From the NCBI GenBank assembly GCA_020632265.1, contig JACKFW010000001.1, positions 983,272 to 1,047,271 of the forward strand: 64,000 bases of DNA, given 5' to 3'. The notes under the pieces are model-generated. The model was given only the letters and a program-made list of their open reading frames with translations, was not told the DNA's origin and ran no database searches. This DNA comes from Pseudomonadales bacterium (lineage in GTDB: Bacteria > Patescibacteriota > Microgenomatia > UBA1400 > PJMF01). Positions 1 through 10,544 of this stretch are shown here, piece by piece; the stretch's first letter is position 1; each line of letters starts with the position of its first letter. A program made the position numbers and the translations under genes.

Positions 1-819
1 ACCGATATACCTCTTGGATTTGAAAAAACTTTTCCTAACAACAAGGATACTAAAGAAAAATCACTCTATCCGTTTTTTCGTAAGGACAAAATCAATTTCT
101 ACGGAGTATCAATTATTGGTTTAACTGAGGAGTGGTCGCTTTCGCATTTTAAAAATTTTGCAACCAAAATAATTATGAATTCACTTGCGCTTAATCGATT
201 GCCGATTATTGTTGGTGGAACTGGACTTTACATTAATCATTTATTTAAAAAAGATAATAAATTATTCATTCCTCCATCAGATGAAATTAGAGAAAAAGCA
301 AAAAGTATGTCTTTGCAGGAAATGCAAGAATGGTTAAAAGAGGTTAATTTAAATAAATTTTTATTGATGAATAATTCAGATAAAAATAATCCTCGCAGAT
401 TAATTAGAGCTATCGAGCTATCCTTAGGAATACCTAATGATGAAGAAATTTGCTCACTTCCCGAAAATCTTCTAAAATTAAGATTCGGTTTGACATCAGA
501 TTTAGAAATTATTTTAGAAAAAATTTCTCAAAGAGTTGCGGACAGATTTAATGCCGGGGTAATAAAAGAAGTTGAGAAAGTTAACAAAATTTGTCGCCAA
601 AATAATTTGCCGGTTTGTTCCACTCTTGGAATTAAGGATTTAACAGCCTACATCAAAAATGAAATTAATCTGGAAAAGTGCTTAAAACTTTGGGCTCTTC
701 ATGAGTTTCAATACTCAAAAAGACAATTAGTGTGGCTCAAGAAAGAAAAAGAAGTGATTTGGTTGGACGATTTAACTAAATCAAGCTATACTTTAGTTGA
801 TGAAAAAATATTTATATAG
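1..819 (+). CDS. miaA: tRNA dimethylallyltransferase MiaA, 5'-partial (frame open to window start)
   Basis: Frame 1 is open from nt 1. The LPIIVGGTGLYI motif and the downstream helical insertion domain are typical of MiaA. The P-loop N-terminus lies upstream of the window. Confidence 0.7.
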   Translation, partial: TDIPLGFEKTFPNNKDTKEKSLYPFFRKDKINFYGVSIIGLTEEWSLSHFKNFATKIIMNSLALNRLPIIVGGTGLYINHLFKKDNKLFIPPSDEIREKAKSMSLQEMQEWLKEVNLNKFLLMNNSDKNNPRRLIRAIELSLGIPNDEEICSLPENLLKLRFGLTSDLEIILEKISQRVADRFNAGVIKEVEKVNKICRQNNLPVCSTLGIKDLTAYIKNEINLEKCLKLWALHEFQYSKRQLVWLKKEKEVIWLDDLTKSSYTLVDEKIFI

Positions 820-1807
820 CGATCACGCTGTTTCTGTGTCACCTGCTTCAATAATGTTTGCAGTTTTCTTTTTATTAAGCCTTTATGGAATTTATAGAGC
901 AAGATCAGTGATCATCTTGTTATTGCTAGCATTTATTATTACCGTCGCTCTTAATCCATTAGTAAAATTTTTATCAAAAAAATTGCGTTTTCCTAAAGTT
1001 CCAAGCATTTTTATGGCTTATATTTTGTTGATTGGATTGGTTGTGATTGTAATTGGACTTTTGGTTCCACCGTTATCAAAACAAGTTTTTCAGCTACTTA
1101 ATTTATTAGATTTGCCTGTTTTTGAAGAAGAAGTGCATAAATTTAATTTCACTTTGCAAGAATTTAATGATGTAATCAATAATTTTGGTGGTTCATTCAA
1201 TGTTCTTTTCTCAATTATTAATAGCACTTTTAATGGAGTAATTACGGTTTTTACTCTTTTAGTTATGTCATTTTATTTAATGTTAGAAAGAAAAGTTTTA
1301 CATCAAAAGGTTTATTGGTTTACAAGGAAAGAAGAATATGCTCAAAAGGTTCAAGAATTTATTGATTCAATTGAAGAACAATTGGGTGGCTGGGTTAGAG
1401 CTCAATTAATATTAATGTTCTCTATTTTTATCATTACTTATATTTGTCTTTTCTTAATATCTGTGCCTTATGCATTGCCGTTAGCTCTGCTAGCAGGTTT
1501 TTTGGAAATTGTACCAAATTTAGGTCCAACGATTGCCATGATTCCAGCTGTAGTTGTTTCATATATAACTTTTGGACCGGTTATGGCAGGAATAGTATTT
1601 ATACTTTATATAATCATTCAACAAATTGAAAATAATCTTTTAGTTCCAAGGGTAATGCAAACTAGCGCCCATGTTAATCCATTAGTTGCCATCACAGTTA
1701 TTTTAACAGGATACAAGATGGGCGGAATGATAGGAGCATTACTTTCAATTCCATTATATATAATTGGTCGTACTTTTTTTTCAACTTTTATTAGATCAAA
1801 ATTGTAG
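797..1807 (+). CDS. AI-2E family (PerM/YdiK/TqsA-like, UPF0118) transporter
   Basis: 336 aa with about 8 TM segments and the conserved C-terminal LPYALPLALLAGFLEIVPNLGPTIAMIP block of the AI-2E family. Confidence 0.75.
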   Translation: MMKKYLYSDHAVSVSPASIMFAVFFLLSLYGIYRARSVIILLLLAFIITVALNPLVKFLSKKLRFPKVPSIFMAYILLIGLVVIVIGLLVPPLSKQVFQLLNLLDLPVFEEEVHKFNFTLQEFNDVINNFGGSFNVLFSIINSTFNGVITVFTLLVMSFYLMLERKVLHQKVYWFTRKEEYAQKVQEFIDSIEEQLGGWVRAQLILMFSIFIITYICLFLISVPYALPLALLAGFLEIVPNLGPTIAMIPAVVVSYITFGPVMAGIVFILYIIIQQIENNLLVPRVMQTSAHVNPLVAITVILTGYKMGGMIGALLSIPLYIIGRTFFSTFIRSKL

Positions 1808-1937
1808 CTTTTTATTTTCATTGTAGCTTTATTCTTTCACAGAATTAGTTTCAACCATATTTCGTCCTAAATATTTCTTAATAAATTCAGTAGGGTTTTC
1901 CCACTTTAATTTTTATATTATGGGATATATAATATAT

Positions 1938-2332
1938 TTTGCTTAATTGACGAGACAGTGGCTTTTACATTTTATGTGAAAGAGGAAAGTCCGGACAGCA
2001 GAATAGATGGTGTCTCATGAAGTGTTGGGTTTTAACTTAATACGAGTGAGAGATTTGCGAAATGTGATTCTTCAGATTTTGCAAAGCCAGTTAGAGCAAC
2101 AGTGACGAATCGGGTGGCGCCGAATGAAACGACTAAGCTTCAGAGTTCTCTTAATTATCTTTTGAGAAATTAAGAGGGGCAATCCTCCCAGCTGCAACTG
2201 ACGAACTTCACCGCATTATGGACCTGTTCCCAATTCTATTTGTATCTTCGGATATTATTTAGATCGGTGATAAAGTCTCAGGCATTAGATAGATCATTGT
2301 CAAATACAGAATCCGGCTTATTGTCAATTAAG
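1938..2332 (+). ncRNA. rnpB: RNase P RNA (rnpB)
   Basis: Conserved P4 strands GAGGAAAGTCCGGAC (about 1981-1995) and ACAGAATCCGGCTTA (2307-2321). ACAGTGACGAA, CTTCGGATAT and AGATAGATCATTG blocks resemble Bacillus-type RNase P RNA. P1 pairing is cttaattgac (about 1941-1951) with gtcaattaag (2320-2329). No ORF on the track covers it. Confidence 0.85.
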
Positions 2333-2336
2333 TAAA

Positions 2337-2372
2337 AAACGTCATATTTAAATTGAGTGTGACGTTTTTTTG
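2337..2372 (+). terminator. Rho-independent terminator after rnpB
   Basis: Hairpin aacgtcata...tgtgacgtt followed by a T7 run. Confidence 0.5.
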
Positions 2373-2412
2373 TTTTACTACTATAATAAGTTCAAGTTAG
2401 ATAAGGAGATAT

Positions 2413-3105
2413 ATGCCGAAAACAATTTATGATTCTTTGGTTTTTTTAAGTAGTCAGTTACTTACGGATATTGTTGTATTTTTACCAAAGCTCTTAATGG
2501 CGTTATTGGTGTTGGTTATTGGATCCGCACTAGCTAATACTTTTAGAAAAGTAGTTGTTAAATTATTAGAGAGTTTGCGAGTAAGTGCAACATTCAAGAA
2601 AACTCCGATTGATCATTTTTTACAAAATGCTGAGATTGGCGACAAGGTTGAAGAAATAATTGGTTCAGTTTTGTATTGGTTAGTGATGCTCATTGTTATT
2701 CATACAACAGTTAGTATTTTAGGTTTGGCTTCTTTAACGATTATTTTGAGTAGAGTTTTATTATATTTGCCTACCGTTGTTTCTACGATAATCATTTTAT
2801 TCTTTGGATTGTTAATTGCTGGTGTAGTTGAAAGCTTAGTCAAAGGTGCTGTTAAAAGTGTCGATGGTAAAAGTTCCAGGCTTTTGGGAAAAATTTCAAG
2901 TTATGCGGTAATGATAGTAACAGTTTTGGCTGCAATTTCAGAACTTGGTATTGCCAGAGAATTCATTTTAATCATTTTCATTGGTTTTATTATTATGCTT
3001 TCATTAGGTTTTGGATTGGCTCTGGGTCTTGGGGGAAAGGACTTAGTTAGCATGATACTTAGTGATTGGTATAAAAAATTTAAAAACGAAACAAAAAATA
3101 AATAA
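2413..3105 (+). CDS. Polytopic membrane protein with MscS-like N-terminal 'conserved TM helix' repeats
   Basis: 230 aa, all hydrophobic helices; the repeated helix pattern resembles the TM-helix repeat found N-terminal to mechanosensitive channels. No cytoplasmic MscS beta-domain. Confidence 0.4.
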   Translation: MPKTIYDSLVFLSSQLLTDIVVFLPKLLMALLVLVIGSALANTFRKVVVKLLESLRVSATFKKTPIDHFLQNAEIGDKVEEIIGSVLYWLVMLIVIHTTVSILGLASLTIILSRVLLYLPTVVSTIIILFFGLLIAGVVESLVKGAVKSVDGKSSRLLGKISSYAVMIVTVLAAISELGIAREFILIIFIGFIIMLSLGFGLALGLGGKDLVSMILSDWYKKFKNETKNK

Positions 3106-3120
3106 AATTAAAAAAATTTC

Positions 3121-3891
3121 ATGAACTTAATAACTGCAATGGTTTTAGGATTGGTTCAGGGTTTTGCTGAGTTTTTACCAATTTCAAGTTCCGGTCATTT
3201 GGTAGTGATAGGTCATTTGCTTGGAATTAAGGATTCAAATATTGCCTTCGACGTTTTCTTGCACTTTGCTACCTTATTGGCAATTTTAATTTACTTCAAA
3301 AAAGATATTCTTTCAATAAAACTCAATGAAATTAAGGCAATCATTATTGGAAGTATTCCTGCTACCTTAGTTGGGCTTTTGTTTAAAGATCAATTCGAGG
3401 CTTTATTTGGTTCGGTATTGATAGTTTCAGTGTTTTTGATAATAACAGGTTTTTTGAACCTAATGACTGACAGCAAACTTAATAAACTGAATGATTCTGT
3501 GGTTATAAAAAAGGAAGTTGGCATTAAAGAGGCTTTGATAATTGGAATTTTTCAGGCTTTTGCAATACTACCAGGGATTTCAAGGTCTGGCTCAACTGTT
3601 GCTGGAGGAGTGTTACAAAATATTGATCGAGAAAAAGCCTTTAGATTTTCTTTTTTAATGGTTATTCCAGTCGTTTTTGGCGCTTCTGCAATACAATTAT
3701 TAAGTATTATGAAGGATGGAGAATTATCAATTAGTATTTTGCCATTTATAGTTGGCGGATTAACAGCATTTGGTTCTGGATATTTAAGTTTGAAAATTTT
3801 TTCCTATATAATTAAAAAAGCTCGACTAGAAGTTTTTGGTTATTATTGTATTGTTTTTGGATTGTTGAGTTTGTTCTTGGTAGTGATTTGA
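3121..3891 (+). CDS. uppP: Undecaprenyl-diphosphatase UppP/BacA
   Basis: GFAEFLPISSSGHL and PGISRSGSTV signature motifs; 8 TM segments. Confidence 0.9.
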   Translation: MNLITAMVLGLVQGFAEFLPISSSGHLVVIGHLLGIKDSNIAFDVFLHFATLLAILIYFKKDILSIKLNEIKAIIIGSIPATLVGLLFKDQFEALFGSVLIVSVFLIITGFLNLMTDSKLNKLNDSVVIKKEVGIKEALIIGIFQAFAILPGISRSGSTVAGGVLQNIDREKAFRFSFLMVIPVVFGASAIQLLSIMKDGELSISILPFIVGGLTAFGSGYLSLKIFSYIIKKARLEVFGYYCIVFGLLSLFLVVI

Positions 3892-3921
3892 TAAAGAATT
3901 GATTGAAATTAATTAAAACAG

Positions 3922-5439
3922 CTAAATTTCTAATTTTCTATATTGTAGTGCCTCGGCCACATGTATTTCTTTAATAGTTTTTTCGCCAGACAAATCGCTG
4001 ATTGTTTGAGCAACCTTTATTATTTTAAAATAGCTTCTTGTTGAAATAACTAATTTATTTGTGGCCCTTCTTAATAAAGTTTCAGCTTTTGAAGAAAGTT
4101 GGCAATAATTTCTAACTTGTTTGGAACTAAGTTGAGAGTTTGTTGTGAGATGAATATTTTTATATTTTTCTTCTTGAATTTTTCTAGTTTTAATTATTCT
4201 GTTAATGATTTCTGATGATGATTCGTTGGATGATAAATTTCTATCAGTGATTTTTTTAATTTCAATACCTTTGACATATACAAGTAAATCGATTCTGTCC
4301 AATATGGGCCCAGAAATTTTCTTTCTATATTGATTAAGCATGTGGTTGTTGCAGATACATTGTTTTAAAAAACTATTTTTGTATCCACAAGGACATGGAT
4401 TGCTTGCGGCAACCAAGGTAAAGTCGCAAGGATACTCAATTGTTCCACTTGCTCTAGAAATGGTAATGATTTTGTCTTCTAATGGTTGCCGCAAGCTTTC
4501 TAAAGCATTTGATGAGAATTCAGGAAATTCATCAAGAAATAAAACTCCTTTATGTGCTAACGAAATTTCTCCTGGACGAATTTGACTGCCACCACCAATT
4601 AAGCCTGCTCTAGTTATGGTATGGTGAGGAGACCGAAAAGGTCTTGAACTAATTATTCCATTTTCTAAACATCCTGAAACAGAGTATATTTTTGAAACGT
4701 TTAGTGCTTCATCTTCATTTAATGGTGGCAAAATACTCATGAGTGCTTTTGCCATCATGCTTTTGCCAGCACCCGGTGGTCCCACCATTAGCACATTGTG
4801 GGCTCCAGCTGCGGCAATTTCTAGAGACCTTTTGGCTAGTTTTTGACCATATATGTCTGCAAAATCAATTTGAAATTGATTTCTTTGATTTTTAATAGTT
4901 TCATAAGAAATTTTCTGAATCTTTTGGGGTAATTCGTTTTCGTTTTTTTGTATTAAATCGGTAATATTTTTGATCGGATATATATTGATATTTGATATTA
5001 ATAAAACTTCATTTTTATTTGAATCAGGAATGAAAACATTCTTGATTCCCATATCTTTGGCGGCAATCACTAGTGGTAGTAAACCTCTAACTTTTTTAAC
5101 TTTACCACTGAGCGATAATTCTCCAAAAAACATTGAGTTTTTCAATTCAAAATTAATTTTACCGTATGCTTTTAAAATTCCAATTATTATTGCCAAATCA
5201 AAACCACTGCCATTTTTTTTGATATCTGCAGGGGCTAAATTTACTATAGTTCTTTGAGATTTGGGTCTGATATTTGAATTTAACAGAGCTGAGGTAATTC
5301 TTTCTTTTGATTCCTCTATCGATTTTGAAGGAAGTCCGATGATGATTAGTTGAGGTTTTCCTCTGGTAAGATTAACTTCGACAATTATTTTTATAGCTTG
5401 TAAACCGGCAATAGTTGCAGTGTTAATAGAGGTCAGCAT
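3922..5439 (-). CDS. comM: YifB/ComM family Mg-chelatase-like AAA+ ATPase
   Basis: N-terminal Lon-like domain, Walker A GPPGAGKSMMAKAL, a Cys-rich CPCG segment and the C-terminal chelatase domain. Confidence 0.85.
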   Translation of the reverse strand: MLTSINTATIAGLQAIKIIVEVNLTRGKPQLIIIGLPSKSIEESKERITSALLNSNIRPKSQRTIVNLAPADIKKNGSGFDLAIIIGILKAYGKINFELKNSMFFGELSLSGKVKKVRGLLPLVIAAKDMGIKNVFIPDSNKNEVLLISNINIYPIKNITDLIQKNENELPQKIQKISYETIKNQRNQFQIDFADIYGQKLAKRSLEIAAAGAHNVLMVGPPGAGKSMMAKALMSILPPLNEDEALNVSKIYSVSGCLENGIISSRPFRSPHHTITRAGLIGGGSQIRPGEISLAHKGVLFLDEFPEFSSNALESLRQPLEDKIITISRASGTIEYPCDFTLVAASNPCPCGYKNSFLKQCICNNHMLNQYRKKISGPILDRIDLLVYVKGIEIKKITDRNLSSNESSSEIINRIIKTRKIQEEKYKNIHLTTNSQLSSKQVRNYCQLSSKAETLLRRATNKLVISTRSYFKIIKVAQTISDLSGEKTIKEIHVAEALQYRKLEI

Positions 5440-5583
5440 GCTAGAAATTTACAGGATCAAACTTGCAAATTACGTAGAGAATTCCACTATCAAAATTGAA
5501 CCGATGCAAATTCAGCTTTACAAAGGATCCTATTAACTATACTAAAAAATAAGTTATCATAAATTTATGAAAATTATATTTAA

Positions 5584-6627
5584 CTATAATTTAGCAAGTT
5601 GATCTACCAACCGGTTGCAATAACCCCATTCGTTATCATACCAACTAATTACTTTAACCAGATTTCCTCCGATCACATTTGTAAGTTGTAAATCAACAAT
5701 CGATGATTCGGGTCTGCCAATGATATCGGAAGAAACAATAGGATCATTAGTCACTGCCAAAATTCCTTGCCATCGATTTTCTTTGGAAGCATCAACGAAA
5801 GCTTGATTGACTTCTTCTATTGTCACATCTCGTTTTGTAATAAAGACCATATCAGATAACGAACCTGTTGGAGTTGGAACTCTAATGGCAATTCCGTCAA
5901 AAATTCCACTTAATTCTGGAATAATTTTGGTGGTGGCTTTAGCAGCGCCAGTTGAAGTGGGAATAATGTTTTCTGCTGCAGATCTTGCTCTTCTCATATC
6001 TCCTTTATGAGAATTATCTTGAGTATTTTGATCGTCAGTGTATGAATGAATAGTTGTCAAAGTTGCTTTTTCAATTCCAAACTTTGTGGTCATAATTTGC
6101 ATAACAGGAGCAACACAGTTGGTGGTGCATGATGCATTTGAAAAAATCTTATAATTTTCATCTGCTTGGTTGACACCAATTACGCTAGTACTAATATTAC
6201 CCCCTTTTGAAGGTGCGGTAATTAATACTTTTTTAGCTCCTGCTTCGATATGTGCAGAGGCTTTTTCTTCAGTGTTAAAAACTCCAGTAGCTTCGATTAC
6301 AATATCAATTTCATATTGTTGCCATGGAAGTTTCTTTGGGTCTTTTTGAGCAGTAATAATAATTTCATGATCGTCAACAATGATTGTGCCAAGAACTGGA
6401 TTTTCATCGGTAACATCTTTTACAGATTGCAATCTTTTAGTGATAATATCACCTGAAAAAACTCCATAATTAGTATCATATTTAAGAAGATGTGCCCAGT
6501 TTTCAATTTCCATTGAACCTGAGGTGTTGATCACTTTTAGATTGGAGGAGTTCTTACCATTTTTCCACCACACTCTAAAGAAAGTTCTACCAATTCTACC
6601 CAAACCGTTGATACTAAAATTTTTCAT
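5584..6627 (-). CDS. gap: Glyceraldehyde-3-phosphate dehydrogenase
   Basis: NGLGRIGR Rossmann N-terminus; active site SNASCTTNCVAPV; C-terminal WYDNEWGY. Confidence 0.9.
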   Translation of the reverse strand: MKNFSINGLGRIGRTFFRVWWKNGKNSSNLKVINTSGSMEIENWAHLLKYDTNYGVFSGDIITKRLQSVKDVTDENPVLGTIIVDDHEIIITAQKDPKKLPWQQYEIDIVIEATGVFNTEEKASAHIEAGAKKVLITAPSKGGNISTSVIGVNQADENYKIFSNASCTTNCVAPVMQIMTTKFGIEKATLTTIHSYTDDQNTQDNSHKGDMRRARSAAENIIPTSTGAAKATTKIIPELSGIFDGIAIRVPTPTGSLSDMVFITKRDVTIEEVNQAFVDASKENRWQGILAVTNDPIVSSDIIGRPESSIVDLQLTNVIGGNLVKVISWYDNEWGYCNRLVDQLAKL

Positions 6628-6644
6628 AATTTTTGTCCTTAAAA

Positions 6645-7391
6645 CTATTCTGATGCTAATACTGTTTGAACATCATTACTGACGTATGTGCCAATATCTT
6701 CACCTTTGACGGCTTTAATAAGATTATCTCCATTAAATAATTCAAAGACCATCAGAGGCATATTATTTTCTTTTGACATTGCTAATGCTCCAGTATCCAT
6801 AACATTGACGTCGTCCATCTCGATAGCATCTTTAAATGTTAAGGTTTTAAATCTTTTTGCATCGCTATTTGTCATTGGATCTTTATCATAAATACCGTTG
6901 ACTTTAGTAGCTTTCATTAAGACATCACAGTGAAGTTCTAAAGCATGTAGTGATGCTCCAGTATCAGTTGTAACGTAGGGTACACCAGTTCCTGCTCCCA
7001 ATATAACTACCCTACCCTTTTCCATATGTCTAATGGCTTTTCTTCTAATAAAATTTTCAGCAACTGCTGGCATTTGCAATGCAGATTGAAGTCTGGTTGG
7101 AACACCAATTTTTTCTAAAGCATCCTGCAAAGTAAGGCCATTCATAACTGTTGCCATCATTCCAATATAATCTGCAGTAGCTCTGTCAATACCTTGTTTT
7201 GATCCTGCAACACCTCTAAATATATTTCCCCCGCCGATCACGACGGCAATTTGAATATGTTCTGCATATATAAGTTTAATTTGCTCAGCAACTTTTAAGG
7301 CAGCGCCAGGATCAATTCCATATTCTCGGTCACCTATCATTGATTCACCGCCAACTTTGAGCATAATTCTTTTAAATCTTTGCGCAGACAT
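6645..7391 (-). CDS. pyrH: UMP kinase PyrH
   Basis: MLKVGGE... VIGGGNIFRG uridylate kinase signature. Start set at MSAQRF (7391), which removes the overlap with the upstream gene; the track ORF extends to 7442. Confidence 0.85.
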   Translation of the reverse strand: MSAQRFKRIMLKVGGESMIGDREYGIDPGAALKVAEQIKLIYAEHIQIAVVIGGGNIFRGVAGSKQGIDRATADYIGMMATVMNGLTLQDALEKIGVPTRLQSALQMPAVAENFIRRKAIRHMEKGRVVILGAGTGVPYVTTDTGASLHALELHCDVLMKATKVNGIYDKDPMTNSDAKRFKTLTFKDAIEMDDVNVMDTGALAMSKENNMPLMVFELFNGDNLIKAVKGEDIGTYVSNDVQTVLASE

Positions 7392-7402
7392 AAAATCCTT
7401 TC

Positions 7403-8434
7403 CTACAATTTTAGTTTTGTTTTTAATCTTAATACTTTCCAACGTATGCCATCCACAATTTTGAAAATTTGGTACATTGGAAAATCTACAACATAATCGT
7501 ATGTGCCTAGAAATTCCATTAAATCTCCGCCATAGCCCATTTTAAATTTGTGAAATCCGTACCACTGGTGATTTTTATTAGGTTCTGGACCGAGTGATCC
7601 CCACATGTCTAGCATGCGACAATTTTCACTTTTTCCAAATTTAATCATTTCCCACATCATTAAATTATTTGCCATCACTTCTCTGTGAATTGATCTTGAG
7701 GAACCATATGGATAATAAATAGTACCATTAAAAATAAACATGATCCAAGAAGTGATAACAACATTTTCATAAACAGCATTAAATATTCTTAAAATTCCAG
7801 ATTCTCCCATTTTTTTCCACATATCTCTAAAATACTCTGGAGAGTGAGCATAAAATCCTTGTCTTTTTGTTGTTTCTTCAAGAATTTTTATATATTGCTC
7901 CATGCCATCTTCAGATGTATTTTCAAAAATTCTCACACCTTTTTTATAAGCTAAATTTACATTGTATCTAGTTTTACTAGAAAGATTTTTAAATAAAATT
8001 TCTTCGGGCTTTGTTAAATCAAGTTGAAATGTATGTTTGGTAAAAAGAGGTTTTCCAGGAACGCAACCATTTTCCATTAAGAACTTACTGATATTTGCAT
8101 GGGCTGAAAGTGCCCCAACTTTTTGAGCAACATTTGGTTCGATCTTTATGAAAATTGCATTATTTTTTTGAGCAAGATCTTTAAGTGATGCTAGCTGAGT
8201 AGCATCCGGCATGTATCCTTTTGGAAAGTATCCAATGTTTTTATTTAAAAAAGGAACTGGATGGAAAGTTACTTGAATTGCTTTGGAAATAGCAGATTTT
8301 TCGAAAACTCCAATTCTTTCAACAATTAACCCAGTTTTTTTCTTAAATTCACCCCATTCCCAAGATTGGAGAGGATGGCCTACCGCCTTGTTATAGTCGT
8401 CTTTTTCCTCTGTTCTTATTGATCTTATAAACAT
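7403..8434 (-). CDS. FemAB-family peptidoglycan interpeptide-bridge aminoacyltransferase
   Basis: N-terminal SWEWGEFKKKTG, length 343 aa and overall FemX/FemAB fold pattern. Confidence 0.7.
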   Translation of the reverse strand: MFIRSIRTEEKDDYNKAVGHPLQSWEWGEFKKKTGLIVERIGVFEKSAISKAIQVTFHPVPFLNKNIGYFPKGYMPDATQLASLKDLAQKNNAIFIKIEPNVAQKVGALSAHANISKFLMENGCVPGKPLFTKHTFQLDLTKPEEILFKNLSSKTRYNVNLAYKKGVRIFENTSEDGMEQYIKILEETTKRQGFYAHSPEYFRDMWKKMGESGILRIFNAVYENVVITSWIMFIFNGTIYYPYGSSRSIHREVMANNLMMWEMIKFGKSENCRMLDMWGSLGPEPNKNHQWYGFHKFKMGYGGDLMEFLGTYDYVVDFPMYQIFKIVDGIRWKVLRLKTKLKL

Positions 8435-8542
8435 ATTTAAAACTTATTATACGTTAAAACAATGATTCTGAAATAGTCTCTTGGTTAATTCCCAATCTTT
8501 CTTTTTATAATTATTTTTTTTTGATATTAATGGTTATTGATG

Positions 8543-10492
8543 TTAACTATTAATCAGTTTGTCGATGTCAAAATCACCGTTTAATACTCCTTCAAGAATA
8601 TCATCATCTACAACGATCCTTCTTTTTGGGGTAGTAGTTTTTTTGTTAAAATTATTTGTTGATTTATTATATTGATTATATTGATTATATTTTTCTGGTT
8701 CAGAGGTAATTTTAAGTAAATAGTTTGGAATATCTTCAATGAATCTACTTCTCATTGCAGATGTATTAGCCCCATATTGGAATCTGTTTCTAGAATACGT
8801 AAAATATAAATGAGATTTGGCACGAGTTATTCCTACATAACACAATCTTCTTTCTTCTTCCATCTGCTCATTATCCATCAGAGATCTTGAATGTGGCAAA
8901 AGGCCATCTTCCATGCCCACCATTAACACAACTTCGAACTCCAATCCCTTGGCAGAATGAAGGCTCATGAGGTTAACAGAATATTCATCTCCGTTAGTGT
9001 TGTTTTTATCTGCAAATTCATTATCTTGAATTAAGGAGATATTTTCTAAAAATTGATTAATATCATCAAATTGAGAGGCGACATTGATTAGCTCCTCAAC
9101 ATTTTCTTTGCGAGCAACATTTTCTTCAGAATCTCTTTTGAACTTATCAAGATATTCAGTTTCTTCGACTATTTTTTTGAGGACAGAAGAGACGTTATTA
9201 TTTGGCTCAAGCAATTTATCATTATTTTTTAGCCAATTCATAAAGTTGGAAAACCTTTTTTTTCCAAGTTTTAATATTCTTTGATAACTGACAATATCAG
9301 CTCTATTTTGTGAATATCTTAGGTAAGCAATTAAATCTTTTACTTCCTTTCTATCATAAAATTTTGTACCCCCAATTAATTTGTATGGTACTCCTCCTCC
9401 AATTAATGCCTCTTCGAACTCACGAGATTGAGCATTAGTTCTGTATAAAATTGCAATATTTCCATAATCATAATTTTTGCGATGAGTAATGACAAATTTT
9501 ACCACCTGTAATGCCTCACTTTTTCCTGAATTTGCCTCAAAACAGGTTATTTTGTTACCTGCTGGTTTTGTGGTCCAAAGTTTTAAAATAGGATGAGTGG
9601 TATTTTTTGAAATTATTTCAGTTGCAACGTCAAGAATGGTCTGATTTGAGCGATAGTTTTGTTCTAGTCGATACTCTTGAATATTTGGAAAACTACTTTT
9701 AAGTTGAAGCATATTTTTGTAATCAGCTCCTCTCCATGCATAAATACTTTGACAAAAGTCACCAACCACAAAAATGTTGTTTTGTGGTTGACTAAGAATT
9801 TTGGTTAATTCGTACTGAGCTTTGTTGGTATCTTGATACTCATCAACTAATACATGGTCAAACATGTTTTGATATTTCCTTTTAATTTCACTAGATTCGT
9901 TTAGTAATTGTAATGTTTTTGAAAGCAGGTCGTCAAAATCTACAGCAGAAGCTTTGAATAGTTCATGTTGGTAGATTTTGTAAACTCTAGCCACATGATT
10001 TTGAAAAGAGCCATTGGCAATATTTAAATAATCAGTATGTGAGAGCAATTCATTTTTAGCGTTTGAAATTGCAGCATGAACGGCTTTTATATTAAATTCA
10101 TCATTGTCAAAGTTGTATTCTTTATATATCTTTTTTAACAATGAAATTTGGTCAGACGAATCATAGATAACAAAATTTTGATGAAGTCCTATTTGATTTC
10201 CATCGATTCGCAAAATTTTGGCACAAAAACTATGAAATGTTCCGCTCCATGGCAATAAATGTCCAGTGAGTTTTTGAATACGCTCTTTTATTTCTTTAGC
10301 AGCCTTATTTGTAAAAGTTACAACTAATATGGAATAGGGAGAGACGTTTTTTTTCGAAATTAGCCAGGCAACTCTGTTAGTAAGAACAGTAGTTTTACCT
10401 GATCCAGCACCAGCTAGTACTACTGCTGGTCCATTTTCATGGATCACTGCTGTGGTTTGTTCTGGATTTAGTTTTTTAAGAGGCTCTAACAT
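8543..10492 (-). CDS. uvrD: UvrD/PcrA/Rep-family ATP-dependent DNA helicase
   Basis: Motif I AGAGSGKT, motif II VDEYQDTN, and the downstream helicase motifs through VGITRAK. Confidence 0.85.
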   Translation of the reverse strand: MLEPLKKLNPEQTTAVIHENGPAVVLAGAGSGKTTVLTNRVAWLISKKNVSPYSILVVTFTNKAAKEIKERIQKLTGHLLPWSGTFHSFCAKILRIDGNQIGLHQNFVIYDSSDQISLLKKIYKEYNFDNDEFNIKAVHAAISNAKNELLSHTDYLNIANGSFQNHVARVYKIYQHELFKASAVDFDDLLSKTLQLLNESSEIKRKYQNMFDHVLVDEYQDTNKAQYELTKILSQPQNNIFVVGDFCQSIYAWRGADYKNMLQLKSSFPNIQEYRLEQNYRSNQTILDVATEIISKNTTHPILKLWTTKPAGNKITCFEANSGKSEALQVVKFVITHRKNYDYGNIAILYRTNAQSREFEEALIGGGVPYKLIGGTKFYDRKEVKDLIAYLRYSQNRADIVSYQRILKLGKKRFSNFMNWLKNNDKLLEPNNNVSSVLKKIVEETEYLDKFKRDSEENVARKENVEELINVASQFDDINQFLENISLIQDNEFADKNNTNGDEYSVNLMSLHSAKGLEFEVVLMVGMEDGLLPHSRSLMDNEQMEEERRLCYVGITRAKSHLYFTYSRNRFQYGANTSAMRSRFIEDIPNYLLKITSEPEKYNQYNQYNKSTNNFNKKTTTPKRRIVVDDDILEGVLNGDFDIDKLINS

Positions 10493-10544
10493 GAGAAATT
10501 ATACTAACACACTTGATGGAATTAATGATATAGTGAATTCTATT

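Noticed and set aside
4340-5257. Plus-strand ORFs 4340..4585 and 4970..5257
   Set aside because: Antisense within the well-supported comM/yifB gene; no RBS or conserved motif.
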